The position numbers and the translations under genes were made by a program. The notes below the pieces were generated by a model, which was not told the DNA's origin, did no database searches, and saw nothing but the letters and a program-made list of their open reading frames with translations. This document shows positions 38,438 through 47,445 of a stretch of 64,000 nucleotides of DNA, in pieces (positions within the stretch are counted from its first letter, which is position 1; each line of letters opens with the position of its first letter). This stretch comes from Candidatus Bathyarchaeota archaeon (GTDB lineage Archaea > Thermoproteota > Bathyarchaeia > Bathyarchaeales > Bathycorpusculaceae), in assembly GCA_963707955.1 (NCBI GenBank), contig OY970176.1:1-64000 (forward strand), in the 5' to 3' direction.

Positions 38438-39389
38438 CGTTGTTCAACGCCAAGACTATGTTTGAAAGATCTTCCTGCATCAAGCTGAGGTAAGTTTTGC
38501 CAGCGCTCTGTTCCTGCGCCGTCAAACCTTCGATCGGGTTCATCAGTATCAACGTGGCGTTGGTTTCGCTACTGATCGCCTGCGAGATGGCTGGGTTCTC
38601 GAGTGACTCGTAGCCGACGTAAAGCAGGTGGTGTTGGTGTATGGCGTCGATGACGTTCTGGATGTCGCTCGTAGTGGGTTCTTCTTCAAATGGGCCTGCG
38701 ATAGGTATCTGGGTTAGGTTGTACTGTTTGGCGAAGTATGCGAAGGCCTCGTGGAAAGTAACAAAGTCCCTTGTTTTCACGTTCGCCGTGCCGTTGACGA
38801 TTTGGGAATTCAGGTAATCGAGCTTTGCCTCGTAATTCTGAGCGTTCGCAGTGAAATACAGCTGGTCTAGTGGGTCCGCTTTGATCAACCCCTTAAGGAT
38901 ATTGTCCACTTGCTGCTTTGCAAGGACAGGATCGAGCCATATGTGTGGATCTACTGTTCTGTTTTCCTTTTGGAATTGCGGTGGCACCTGCAACAACGGT
39001 ATACCTTGGCTCGTGTCCACAACCACTAGCCTAGGATTGTCCGCCGCGCTTACTATCTGCGGGATCCAAGGTTCAAGCCCCGCGCCGTTGTAAATGAGCA
39101 AGTCCGCGCTGGACACCTGCAGTACAGATGAGGGTGTTGGGTCAAAATTATGAACGTCGACAGTCTCCGGCACGAGGAGGGTCAGGCTTATTTTGTCTCC
39201 TCCAACGTTCTTTGTGAAATCGTATATTGGATAGAAGGTGGCAAGAACCTTCAGCATCTTGCTTTGCCCAGTCGCAGAACTAGAAGATCTGAACGGGCCG
39301 AATTCGTATATTGCTACGGCCGAAACGATGACCAGAAGCGTCACCGCCGACACCACCAAGGCGCTTCTATGAAGGAGCGCATGTGTCAT
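38424..39389 (-). CDS. Cluster A-I metal-binding protein (ZnuA-like)
   Basis: DVHNFDP, DPHIWLDP, FHEAFAYF; N-terminal TM anchor. Confidence 0.9.
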   Translation of the reverse strand: MTHALLHRSALVVSAVTLLVIVSAVAIYEFGPFRSSSSATGQSKMLKVLATFYPIYDFTKNVGGDKISLTLLVPETVDVHNFDPTPSSVLQVSSADLLIYNGAGLEPWIPQIVSAADNPRLVVVDTSQGIPLLQVPPQFQKENRTVDPHIWLDPVLAKQQVDNILKGLIKADPLDQLYFTANAQNYEAKLDYLNSQIVNGTANVKTRDFVTFHEAFAYFAKQYNLTQIPIAGPFEEEPTTSDIQNVIDAIHQHHLLYVGYESLENPAISQAISSETNATLILMNPIEGLTAQEQSAGKTYLSLMQEDLSNIVLALNNVGIS

Positions 39390-39423
39390 TTTGGACCATC
39401 CATAATCTGTGTAATCAAGGATA

Positions 39424-39451
39424 TTATTAACTTTTGCGCAAAAGTTAATAA
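39424..39451. promoter_or_regulatory. Perfect 28-bp palindrome, candidate NikR operator
   Basis: TTATTAACTTTTGCGCAAAAGTTAATAA, 35 bp upstream of the metal ABC operon start. Confidence 0.7.
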
Positions 39452-39771
39452 CAATGGTACTGGGCGTGGCAAAAATCAATAACCATGCCGAGCCACTCAA
39501 GAAAGTGCACGCGTCGGAACGTTACGTTGAAGCTTCAGCTTCAGCGCGCGAGGATTCCAAGCGGCCTTATGGCCGGCCCGCTTTGGAATAGGGGTGGTAA
39601 TGCTTCTACGTCGGGATGACCCGGAACCTAGCTTTTGTGGAAACAGTCTCGGAGCTTCGGTCGAATTAGTCTAGGGACAAGCCGGCGTGCACTTCTGCCC
39701 GGAGAAGTGATGAAACGTCTCAAGTATTCTTGCTGGCACTGTGGATGAAAGAAAAAGGGGGAGGAGCTGCT

Positions 39772-41556
39772 TTATTTGCCACTGATTCTCTGTGGACTCG
39801 TGATTGGCACAAAGGGGTTCTGCTTGCGAACAAGCATTGCGTTAGCGATTCTTTTCAATGCGTTCATATAGGCCGCGATGCGCATGTTGACTTTGTGTTC
39901 TTCTACAACTGCTAAGACTTCATTGAATGCGTTGACTATTGTACTCTGCAGTTTGCTACGTACCTCTTCTTCCGACCAATAGTAGTTCATTTGGTTCTGA
40001 ACCTGTTCGAAGTAGCTCACAATTACGCCGCCTGAATTCGCCAGGATGTCTGGTATTACGAACACGCCGTTTCTGAACAGTATTTCGTCCGCCGCAGGTG
40101 TCGTAGGCCCATTTGCTCCTTCGGCCACTATCTTTGATCTGATCTTGCCTGCATTCGTCTCAGTAATCTGGTTTTCCATTGCCGCGGGCACAAGAATGTC
40201 ACATTCCAACTCGAGAAGTTCTCCATTGGTTAGGCCTTTGCAGTTCTCATAGTCGATGACAGATCCTCTTTCGTTTTTGTATTCTAAGACTTTTGCTGGG
40301 TCCAACCCATCTGGACTGTAGATCCCGCCTTTGGAATCAGAGATTGCCACGATTCTGCATCCAAGATCATGGAGCAGTTTTGCTGCATGGTAGCCCACGT
40401 TTCCGAACCCTTGAACGGCAACGGTTGCTCCTTTGAGCTCTATGTCCAAGTGCTTTGCAGCTTCGACGATGGTGTACATCACTCCTCTGGAGGTTGCTTC
40501 GACTCTTCCAAGTGAACCGCCTATGCAAACTGGTTTGCCTGTGACAACGCCGAAAGCGTTGCACCCAACCATCTGACTGTACTCATCCATCATCCATGCC
40601 ATCGTTTGTGCGTCCGTGTAAACATCCGGTGCGGGCACATCAGAGTATGGACCGATGAATCTTGCCAACGCGCGTGTGTAACCTCTTGTTAGCCTTTCCA
40701 GCTCTCCGGAAGACATCTCTTTCGGGTTGCAGCGTATTCCTCCTTTGCCGCCGCCAAGAGGCAGTCCTACGACGGCAGTTTTCAGCGTCATCCACGCAGA
40801 CAGCGCTATGACCTCCTCGAGTGTCAGTTCAGGATGATATCTTATGCCGCCTTTTGTCGGACCCAAAGTGTCGTTGTATTGTACACGGTAACCTGTGAAC
40901 ACTCGCATGCTTCCATCGTCCATCACAACCGGGACATTGACGATTATTGTTCTCATTGGACGTTTGAGCATTTCGTGGACTCCCTGGTCCAGTTTCAGTT
41001 TTTCTCCCGCGATCTGCATCAGTTCCAGAACGGTTTTGTAGGGATTCGGCATTGTCGCTATGGGTGAAAGCGTTTCCGTTCTAATCGACAAAGCGGTCTG
41101 CGTCTTCTCAATGAGGTTTCTGAAGTTTTCTCTAGCCAGTTCACCGTTTCCTTCAGAAGTTCCAAAGAACCACTTGTAAGCCTCTATCACTGATTCCGTT
41201 CTGCTTGCGACGAAACCACTCGCAGATATCATTCTGGGATTCGGAGAGAAGTAGTCGATGAGCACGCGAACCATGTTGATTTCTTCTCTAGATAGGGCAT
41301 ACCATCTCTTAACCGGATAAGGCGCTTCCACGTGAACGTATTCCGCTTCTTTGATTTTTCTCTCAATTTCCTCAAGTATCTTCCAAGCGTCGGCTTCAGG
41401 GACATCAAAGTTCTCCGAATACGTCGTTGTCAACGCATAATGAGCTGTGGAGTAACTCTCAATCTTTGTGGCCAGTTCAGGTTTTTCAGAGAGAAACTCC
41501 GCCATCAGTTTCATCATTCCAAGTTCTCGGCGTGAAAGTTCTATCGAGCTTAACAT
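39772..41556 (-). CDS. gdhA: Glu/Leu/Phe/Val dehydrogenase (glutamate dehydrogenase) with 168-aa N-terminal extension
   Basis: KGGIRYHP, GGGKGG, DVPAPD, VQGFGNVG, EGANGP, PDILANSGGV. Confidence 0.9.
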   Translation of the reverse strand: MLSSIELSRRELGMMKLMAEFLSEKPELATKIESYSTAHYALTTTYSENFDVPEADAWKILEEIERKIKEAEYVHVEAPYPVKRWYALSREEINMVRVLIDYFSPNPRMISASGFVASRTESVIEAYKWFFGTSEGNGELARENFRNLIEKTQTALSIRTETLSPIATMPNPYKTVLELMQIAGEKLKLDQGVHEMLKRPMRTIIVNVPVVMDDGSMRVFTGYRVQYNDTLGPTKGGIRYHPELTLEEVIALSAWMTLKTAVVGLPLGGGKGGIRCNPKEMSSGELERLTRGYTRALARFIGPYSDVPAPDVYTDAQTMAWMMDEYSQMVGCNAFGVVTGKPVCIGGSLGRVEATSRGVMYTIVEAAKHLDIELKGATVAVQGFGNVGYHAAKLLHDLGCRIVAISDSKGGIYSPDGLDPAKVLEYKNERGSVIDYENCKGLTNGELLELECDILVPAAMENQITETNAGKIRSKIVAEGANGPTTPAADEILFRNGVFVIPDILANSGGVIVSYFEQVQNQMNYYWSEEEVRSKLQSTIVNAFNEVLAVVEEHKVNMRIAAYMNALKRIANAMLVRKQNPFVPITSPQRISGK

Positions 41557-41595
41557 ATCCTTTTCATCTCCACATTATCTCGATTCCACAGCACA

Positions 41596-41946
41596 TCAAT
41601 AGCGCAATCCTCTGTCGACCGTCTTTATGCCTTTGAAGCTCAGTGGAACCTCGGAGACTTCCTCTTCAAATCTGAGCTCATACACATCTTTTGAACCACA
41701 TGCTTGGCACTCTCTGGCTTTCAATCTGCACACTTGACAGGCTTCTGATTCCATTCCGATTCGAAGGCACAAGTCCTCCTTTCCATCTCTGTGGCCGATG
41801 ACCATCCCCACAAACTCAGTCCAAGTTATTCCGCAGCTAGCGCACGCGAATCTTCTCTTTCTCAGCTCCTCACTTGAATCTCTGCTTTTCATTTCTTGAA
41901 ATATCTGTTCTAGTTTCATTTTACTCTCCCAACATTTTAAGCACAT
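41596..41946 (-). CDS. Small Cys-rich (CxxC) zinc-ribbon-like protein
   Basis: CASC, CQVC, CQAC motifs; co-oriented upstream of gdh. Confidence 0.6.
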   Translation of the reverse strand: MCLKCWESKMKLEQIFQEMKSRDSSEELRKRRFACASCGITWTEFVGMVIGHRDGKEDLCLRIGMESEACQVCRLKARECQACGSKDVYELRFEEEVSEVPLSFKGIKTVDRGLRY

Positions 41947-42142
41947 TTAGCCATATTTATACGTTTTGTCCGATTTCAGAGTGAATATGCGTACATTTTA
42001 AGATAATCGTGTCATATAGTGCGGATAATGCCCTGCGATAACCGTTTATCTTTTTGAGACATTCGACACTGTAAGATTTCAAGGGGTAAATCATATGATT
42101 TAAAAGCTTTGAACGCGTATTTTTCGGATAAGAGGGTGTAAG

Positions 42143-42622
42143 TTGGCTTCCAAAACGAAGATTGACGAAATTGACGTGAACGTTATTCGAGCTTTGCAGG
42201 AAGACGCGCGCACGAACTTTGCAGACATTGCTAAGGGTTGCAAGGTATCTGTGGATACGATAAGCAAGAGGTTTGGGAGGTTGAGGAGAACCGGTGTTGT
42301 CAGAGGAACAACGATACTGTTGAACCCTAAGAGTTTTGGCTGTGATTGTGTTGCGAGCTTTGGCATTCGCGTTGAGTATCCTCACGTTGAGGATGTCGTG
42401 GACTTTATCGAAAGGATGCCAGGAGTGGTTTTCTGCAGTCCATCTATGGGCAGACACAACATATTCGCGATAGCAGTGCTGGAAAACGTTGGCAGATTGG
42501 GGCAACTGAAGGAGTCGATACAAGGCCATCCCATGGTTAGGGAGGTGGCCACCAGCATCTGGGTCGATGAGATACTATTGTGTCCAAAGAACTTTGAATT
42601 CGAACAGCTAAGGAAGAAGTGA
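42143..42622 (+). CDS. Lrp/AsnC transcriptional regulator
   Basis: IDEIDVNVIRALQEDARTNFADIAK HTH. Confidence 0.9.
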   Translation: MASKTKIDEIDVNVIRALQEDARTNFADIAKGCKVSVDTISKRFGRLRRTGVVRGTTILLNPKSFGCDCVASFGIRVEYPHVEDVVDFIERMPGVVFCSPSMGRHNIFAIAVLENVGRLGQLKESIQGHPMVREVATSIWVDEILLCPKNFEFEQLRKK

Positions 42623-42628
42623 CAAGGA

Positions 42629-43102
42629 TTGGACAAAATAGACGTTGCCATAATTGATAAGCTTACTGAGGATGCTCGCATGTCTTTCAGGAAGATTGCT
42701 AGGGAACTGGGTGTCTCACCTGACACGGTGGTGCACAGATACACCGCGCTGCAGAAAGAGGGAGCGATTCGCGGGTCCACGATCGTGATCGACCCCCGGA
42801 AGATTGGATACAAAGCAATGGCCGTGTTTGTGATCGACACCTCGCCTACGCACATACTGCCGCGTCAAAACAATCCTCCTGATTCATCGATGATCCTGGA
42901 CAGGCTGATTCATATGCCTAACATAATTGTGGCTGCGAAGAGTGTTGGAGACCACGATCTACTCGCTATCAGCGTGGTGATGAGTTTCGAGCATTTAATC
43001 AAGGTAAGAGATGATATCGCAAGAATACCTGGGGTCAAAGACCTTCAGGCGTCTTTCTGGGTTGAAGAAATGGAGATCTGCCCCAAATACTTCATCGTTT
43101 GA
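42629..43102 (+). CDS. Lrp/AsnC transcriptional regulator
   Basis: DKIDVAIIDKLTEDARMSFRKIARELGVS HTH. Confidence 0.9.
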   Translation: MDKIDVAIIDKLTEDARMSFRKIARELGVSPDTVVHRYTALQKEGAIRGSTIVIDPRKIGYKAMAVFVIDTSPTHILPRQNNPPDSSMILDRLIHMPNIIVAAKSVGDHDLLAISVVMSFEHLIKVRDDIARIPGVKDLQASFWVEEMEICPKYFIV

Positions 43103-43333
43103 CCGCGCCGTGGTACCTTTTTATTCTGCAATGCGGGAAAAGCCCGCGTTTCTCAACCATGGGCTCAAAAGATTATTTTCTGCCAGAGTCTAAGAGAGGA
43201 GACGATTGCTTCTTTGCAATGGCGGGGGCTATGGATGATTTTTGTACGGAAAATCTGTTCTCCAACCGTGAGAGGAAAGAATGATCTGAAGAGGAATCAG
43301 AAATATATCGGGATCAGTTACGTGACAAGCGCG

Positions 43334-43843
43334 TTAGGACTTCTTTGTTGTTTCTTGTACGGCTTCTTGGAAGAGTTTCTTCACCGCTGTGATTCTTGCC
43401 TTCTGTGCCAGGACGTCGCTCGTGACGAGGTCTAGGGCTTCTTCTGGGCACCATTTGATGCATTGGGGCTCGCCTTTTTCTTTGCACAAGTCGCAGATGT
43501 AGACTACTTTGTTGTCTGGGTGCAGCATGATTGCGCCGTAGTCGCATGCTTCGATGCACCATCCGCAGCCGTTGCACTTGTCTTTGTCCACGGAAACGAG
43601 TCCTGTTTCTTCTGACTGAGTGAGTGCCTCTCTTGGGCATGCGTGAACGCAGGGCGGGTCTTCGCAGAGTCTGCACGTGACTGCCATGTTTATCAGCTGG
43701 TTTATCCTGACGACGCGTATTCTGGATTTCAACGGGTTGAAGGCTTTTTCCTTCGTCCATGAGCAGATGTACTCGCACACTTGGCATCCTACGCACTTGT
43801 CCGGGTCTGCTGAAACGAATTTTCTATCATGAATCTTCACCAT
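43334..43843 (-). CDS. 4Fe-4S dicluster protein (AOR electron-transfer subunit)
   Basis: CVGCQVCEYIC, CRLCEDPPC..CP, CNGCGWCIEAC, CDLC. Confidence 0.92.
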   Translation of the reverse strand: MVKIHDRKFVSADPDKCVGCQVCEYICSWTKEKAFNPLKSRIRVVRINQLINMAVTCRLCEDPPCVHACPREALTQSEETGLVSVDKDKCNGCGWCIEACDYGAIMLHPDNKVVYICDLCKEKGEPQCIKWCPEEALDLVTSDVLAQKARITAVKKLFQEAVQETTKKS

Positions 43844-43857
43844 GGTTTTTCCTCCGG

Positions 43858-45705
43858 TCACTTCTGAACTATGGGTGTTAGGTCTTCCATCCCAAGTTCC
43901 TTGAGCTTCTCCACTGTGGGTACTCCCTGCTTTGTCCAGCCGCGGGCTTCATAATAATCTTCGAGAAGCAGGTCCAGCTCCGCTTGAGTGAAGACGGCTC
44001 CTTTTGACGGGCCCTCGTCTGGGATCGGCATGTGCATAACCTTGTACGGCAACGTGTCGTCCTTCCTGCCCAGTCCTTCTCTTATGTTGAACAGTCTGCC
44101 GAGGTTGTTTATCCTTTCACCCGCACGCCTGAGTTCTTCCGGCGTCATAGGGTAACCCGTGACGACGCTGTAGAGTTTAGCCATGTCCTCCCACTCCTTG
44201 TAGTAGGTGCCCCTTGAGAACTTGCACACGACCAGCGAGTCGATGACCGCATACGAGTCTTCCATGCCCATCACCATCTTCCCCCTGCCCTTCTCGGCGA
44301 TCAATCGATTGACTTTTCCCTTCACGTCGAACGCGTAGGCCCCGTGTCTGTTGTGGTCTGCTCCACGGAACGAAACTGCGAAACCCAGCGCGGCCGTCTT
44401 CAGGCATCTCAGGTCGTAACCCGTCACTTCCACGCCTTTAATGTGTGCAGCCAGCTTCTCTGAGCCTTGGCCGATCTTTTCTGAGGCGACTTTGACCCCG
44501 TCGGCCAACACTTCGCCTATGCCCTCGCGTTTGCCTATCTTCTCGACGAGCTGAACCATCGCTTCATGGTTACCGAAGTGAGCGTCTATCCCGCCGAGGT
44601 CCTTCTCGGTCAGTATGCCATGCTCGTAGCAGTCCATGGCGAAGCCCGCGATAACGCCGGCGCTAATCGCGTCTACGCCGTAGTAGTTTGAGAGTTCCAT
44701 CCCCTTTATTATCGCGTCAAGGCGGTCCACACCGCAGTACGGTCCGAGCGCCCACAGGGTCTCGTACTCCATCCGCGTCATCGTGTTCTTGTACGGACCC
44801 TCTGCGACGACGCACATGTGTTCACACCGCATCGCACAGGAGCTGCATCCTATGATCTTCGCGACGTATTTCTCGTTCAGGCACTCTCCGCTGACTTTCT
44901 CTGCACCCTCGAAGGATGCGTTGTTGTAGTTCCTCGTGGGCATACAAGCCAAGGAGTTGTGCACGAGAACATTCTCCACAGTGCCCAAAGTGCGGTACTT
45001 CTGCGCCGCTGGACCCTTCATTCTCTCGTGAAACTCTTTGACCATCTCCATAAACTCGTCAGGCTTAGCCACCGTGATGTCATGCGTGCCACGGGCGGCG
45101 ATTGCCTTCAGGTTCTTTGACCCCATGATTGCGCCTAGTCCAGTTCTTCCACAGGCTCTGGTCTTGTCATTCATGATGCACGCGATGCGCGAGAGTTTCT
45201 CGCCGGCGACGCCTATCGCGGCAACGCGGATGTAGTAGTCTCCCAGTTCTTCTCTTATTGCGTCCTCTGTTTCGGCCGGCGACTTGCCCATCAGACGTGA
45301 AGCGTCCAGAATCTGGACAGCGTCATCGTCAATCCAAATGTAGACTGGTTTTTCAGCCTTGCCCTTGATTATTACGCCGTCGTATCCGGCTCTTTTCAAC
45401 TCTGTTCCGAAGGTGCCGTGGGCCTTGGACTCGCCGACGCCGTAACTTGCTGGCGACTTTGAGACGAAGGCGTGTCCGTTTCCGCCCGTGGGCCACATTG
45501 TGCCTGCTATTGACCCAGTCGTCAAGATCAGCGGGTTTTCAGGGCTGAACGGTTCCACTCCGGGTTTAGAGTTGTCTAACCACAGGCGCATGCCTAAGCC
45601 TATTCCGCCGATGTATTTCTTGGCGTACTCTTCGTTCAAAGGCTCAACATGGGTTTTTCCTGAGGTTAAGTCAATATGAAGCATTCGACCAGCGTATCCT
45701 AACAA
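43858..45705 (-). CDS. aor: Tungsten/molybdenum aldehyde:ferredoxin oxidoreductase family protein
   Basis: YIGGIGLG, GRTGLGAIMGSKNLKAIA, EYET, DYYEARGW; TTG start after GGTGGAGG. Confidence 0.92.
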   Translation of the reverse strand: MLGYAGRMLHIDLTSGKTHVEPLNEEYAKKYIGGIGLGMRLWLDNSKPGVEPFSPENPLILTTGSIAGTMWPTGGNGHAFVSKSPASYGVGESKAHGTFGTELKRAGYDGVIIKGKAEKPVYIWIDDDAVQILDASRLMGKSPAETEDAIREELGDYYIRVAAIGVAGEKLSRIACIMNDKTRACGRTGLGAIMGSKNLKAIAARGTHDITVAKPDEFMEMVKEFHERMKGPAAQKYRTLGTVENVLVHNSLACMPTRNYNNASFEGAEKVSGECLNEKYVAKIIGCSSCAMRCEHMCVVAEGPYKNTMTRMEYETLWALGPYCGVDRLDAIIKGMELSNYYGVDAISAGVIAGFAMDCYEHGILTEKDLGGIDAHFGNHEAMVQLVEKIGKREGIGEVLADGVKVASEKIGQGSEKLAAHIKGVEVTGYDLRCLKTAALGFAVSFRGADHNRHGAYAFDVKGKVNRLIAEKGRGKMVMGMEDSYAVIDSLVVCKFSRGTYYKEWEDMAKLYSVVTGYPMTPEELRRAGERINNLGRLFNIREGLGRKDDTLPYKVMHMPIPDEGPSKGAVFTQAELDLLLEDYYEARGWTKQGVPTVEKLKELGMEDLTPIVQK

Positions 45706-45866
45706 TGTTTCCTCCACCTTGCTGTTTGTAAAGGAACGATGCGCGGTTGATATTAATTTATCGATTTGCAAACGAGAATCTGCATGGAGAGAAGCTAGAG
45801 CAGGTGAGAAGCCGGGAAGCACGTTAAGAAATGCGTGCTAAGAAAGTCGCGAGGTTTCCTAGGGCC

Positions 45867-47432
45867 CTACGTTGCTTCTTTGATGAGTTCGAGGATGTCT
45901 TTCACGGCAATCTTGTTTTCGACGTCCAGCACTTTCACTGCGTCTTCAAGAGTTGTCACGCAGTAGGGACATGCAACGGCCACGGTGTCAACGCCGAGTT
46001 CAAGCGCTTCCCGAAGTCTGTTCGTGCTCGGCCTCTTCTCGGTCACCGCGTCTTCTGTCCAGACTCTCCCTGCTCCTCCGCCGCAGCAGAAGCTGCTCTG
46101 TCTTGTTCTCTTCATCTCAACAAGCTTGATACCGTCTATTGATCGCAAGATCTGTCTTGGCGCGTCGAACACGTCGTTGCGCTTGCCCAGGAAGCATGGG
46201 TCATGGTAGGCAACAGTTTTCTTCACCGGCTTGCCGAGTTTGATCTTGCCGTCGTTTATTGCTTCGGCCAAGAATTGTGTGTAGTGCTGAACGTTGAGGT
46301 TGGCGTCTTTGTATGGTTTGTCGTTCTTGAAAGTGTTGAAGCAGTGCGGTGATAGCGTCACAATCTTTTCAGCGTCGAGCTTGTTGAACATGGAGATGTT
46401 GTGTTCGGCCAGTTCTTCGAAGAGTCCTTTCTCGCCCAATCGCAGCATGTGGTCTCCGCAGCACCACTCTTCGGTGCCCAGTGTTGCGAAGGACAGGCCC
46501 ATGCTGTTGAACACTCCGGCCATGTTTCTGGCGGCTTCTTGGTTTCTCAAGTCGTAGACGTTTGAGCAGCAGACGAAGAAGAGGACATCGGCTTTCGTGA
46601 CTGTTGGGTAGGTTTTTACGTTGAGGTCTTTTGCCCAGTCCATTCTTTTTGTCTGTGGTGTGCTCATTGGGTTGTGGTATTTGTAGACGCTCTCAAGTAC
46701 GTTTTTGACGGTTCTGGGTATGTTGCTGTTCTCAACGAGAAGGTTGTGGTCGTCGACTATCGCGTCGGCGCAGCTTAGTTTCTTGGGACAGAAAAGCGTG
46801 CAAGAATTGCACTGGGTGCACAGCCAAACGTTGTCTGCCATCGGCTTCAAGCGTTCATCAGTGCCTTGATCCCTTGAATCTGCTACGAACCGATAGTTCG
46901 AGGTCAAAGCCGAGGGGCCTAAGAACTTCTCGTCTATGATCGCGGGGCATGCTGAGTTGCAGATGGAACATTTTATGCAGAGCGTTAGGTCCCAGTACTT
47001 CTTGAGGTCGGCTGGAGACTGGGCAAATTCGTTTGGTTTTTTCAGCTCGTCTCCTGGTTTGATCAGGTAAGGTTTTATCCTCTTGTACGTGTCGAAGAAA
47101 GGCTGCATATCGACTACCAAGTCTTTTATGACCGGCGCGTTCGAGAGCGGTTCGATGAGTAACGAGTCTGCACCGAGGTCGAGAATCTGCGTGTAGCATG
47201 CCAGCATGGGTTTTCCGTTGACGTTGATGGCGCAGTCTCCGCATATGCCCATTCTGCACGACTGTCTGAAAGTGAGTGATTCGTCCAGATTGTCCTTAAT
47301 GTAGAGAAGAGCGTCCAGCAGCGTTGTTCCTTTTCGAACTGGAACCTTGAACGTTGAAGTGTACCTTCTCTTTTGCGTAGGATCAAAACGGTTTATCTTA
47401 AACTCGACAGTTTTCTCAACGTGTGTACTCAT
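45867..47432 (-). CDS. Fumarate reductase/SDH Fe-S subunit fused to HdrD-like CCG domains (TfrB-like)
   Basis: SCRMGICGDC, CIKCSICNSAC, CTQCNSCTLFCP, two CCG motifs. Confidence 0.85.
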   Translation of the reverse strand: MSTHVEKTVEFKINRFDPTQKRRYTSTFKVPVRKGTTLLDALLYIKDNLDESLTFRQSCRMGICGDCAINVNGKPMLACYTQILDLGADSLLIEPLSNAPVIKDLVVDMQPFFDTYKRIKPYLIKPGDELKKPNEFAQSPADLKKYWDLTLCIKCSICNSACPAIIDEKFLGPSALTSNYRFVADSRDQGTDERLKPMADNVWLCTQCNSCTLFCPKKLSCADAIVDDHNLLVENSNIPRTVKNVLESVYKYHNPMSTPQTKRMDWAKDLNVKTYPTVTKADVLFFVCCSNVYDLRNQEAARNMAGVFNSMGLSFATLGTEEWCCGDHMLRLGEKGLFEELAEHNISMFNKLDAEKIVTLSPHCFNTFKNDKPYKDANLNVQHYTQFLAEAINDGKIKLGKPVKKTVAYHDPCFLGKRNDVFDAPRQILRSIDGIKLVEMKRTRQSSFCCGGGAGRVWTEDAVTEKRPSTNRLREALELGVDTVAVACPYCVTTLEDAVKVLDVENKIAVKDILELIKEAT

Positions 47433-47445
47433 CAAACTCACCCTT

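Noticed and set aside
41957-42529. 190-aa ORF and other long antisense ORFs in the track
   Set aside because: Shadow frames overlapping well-supported genes on the opposite strand
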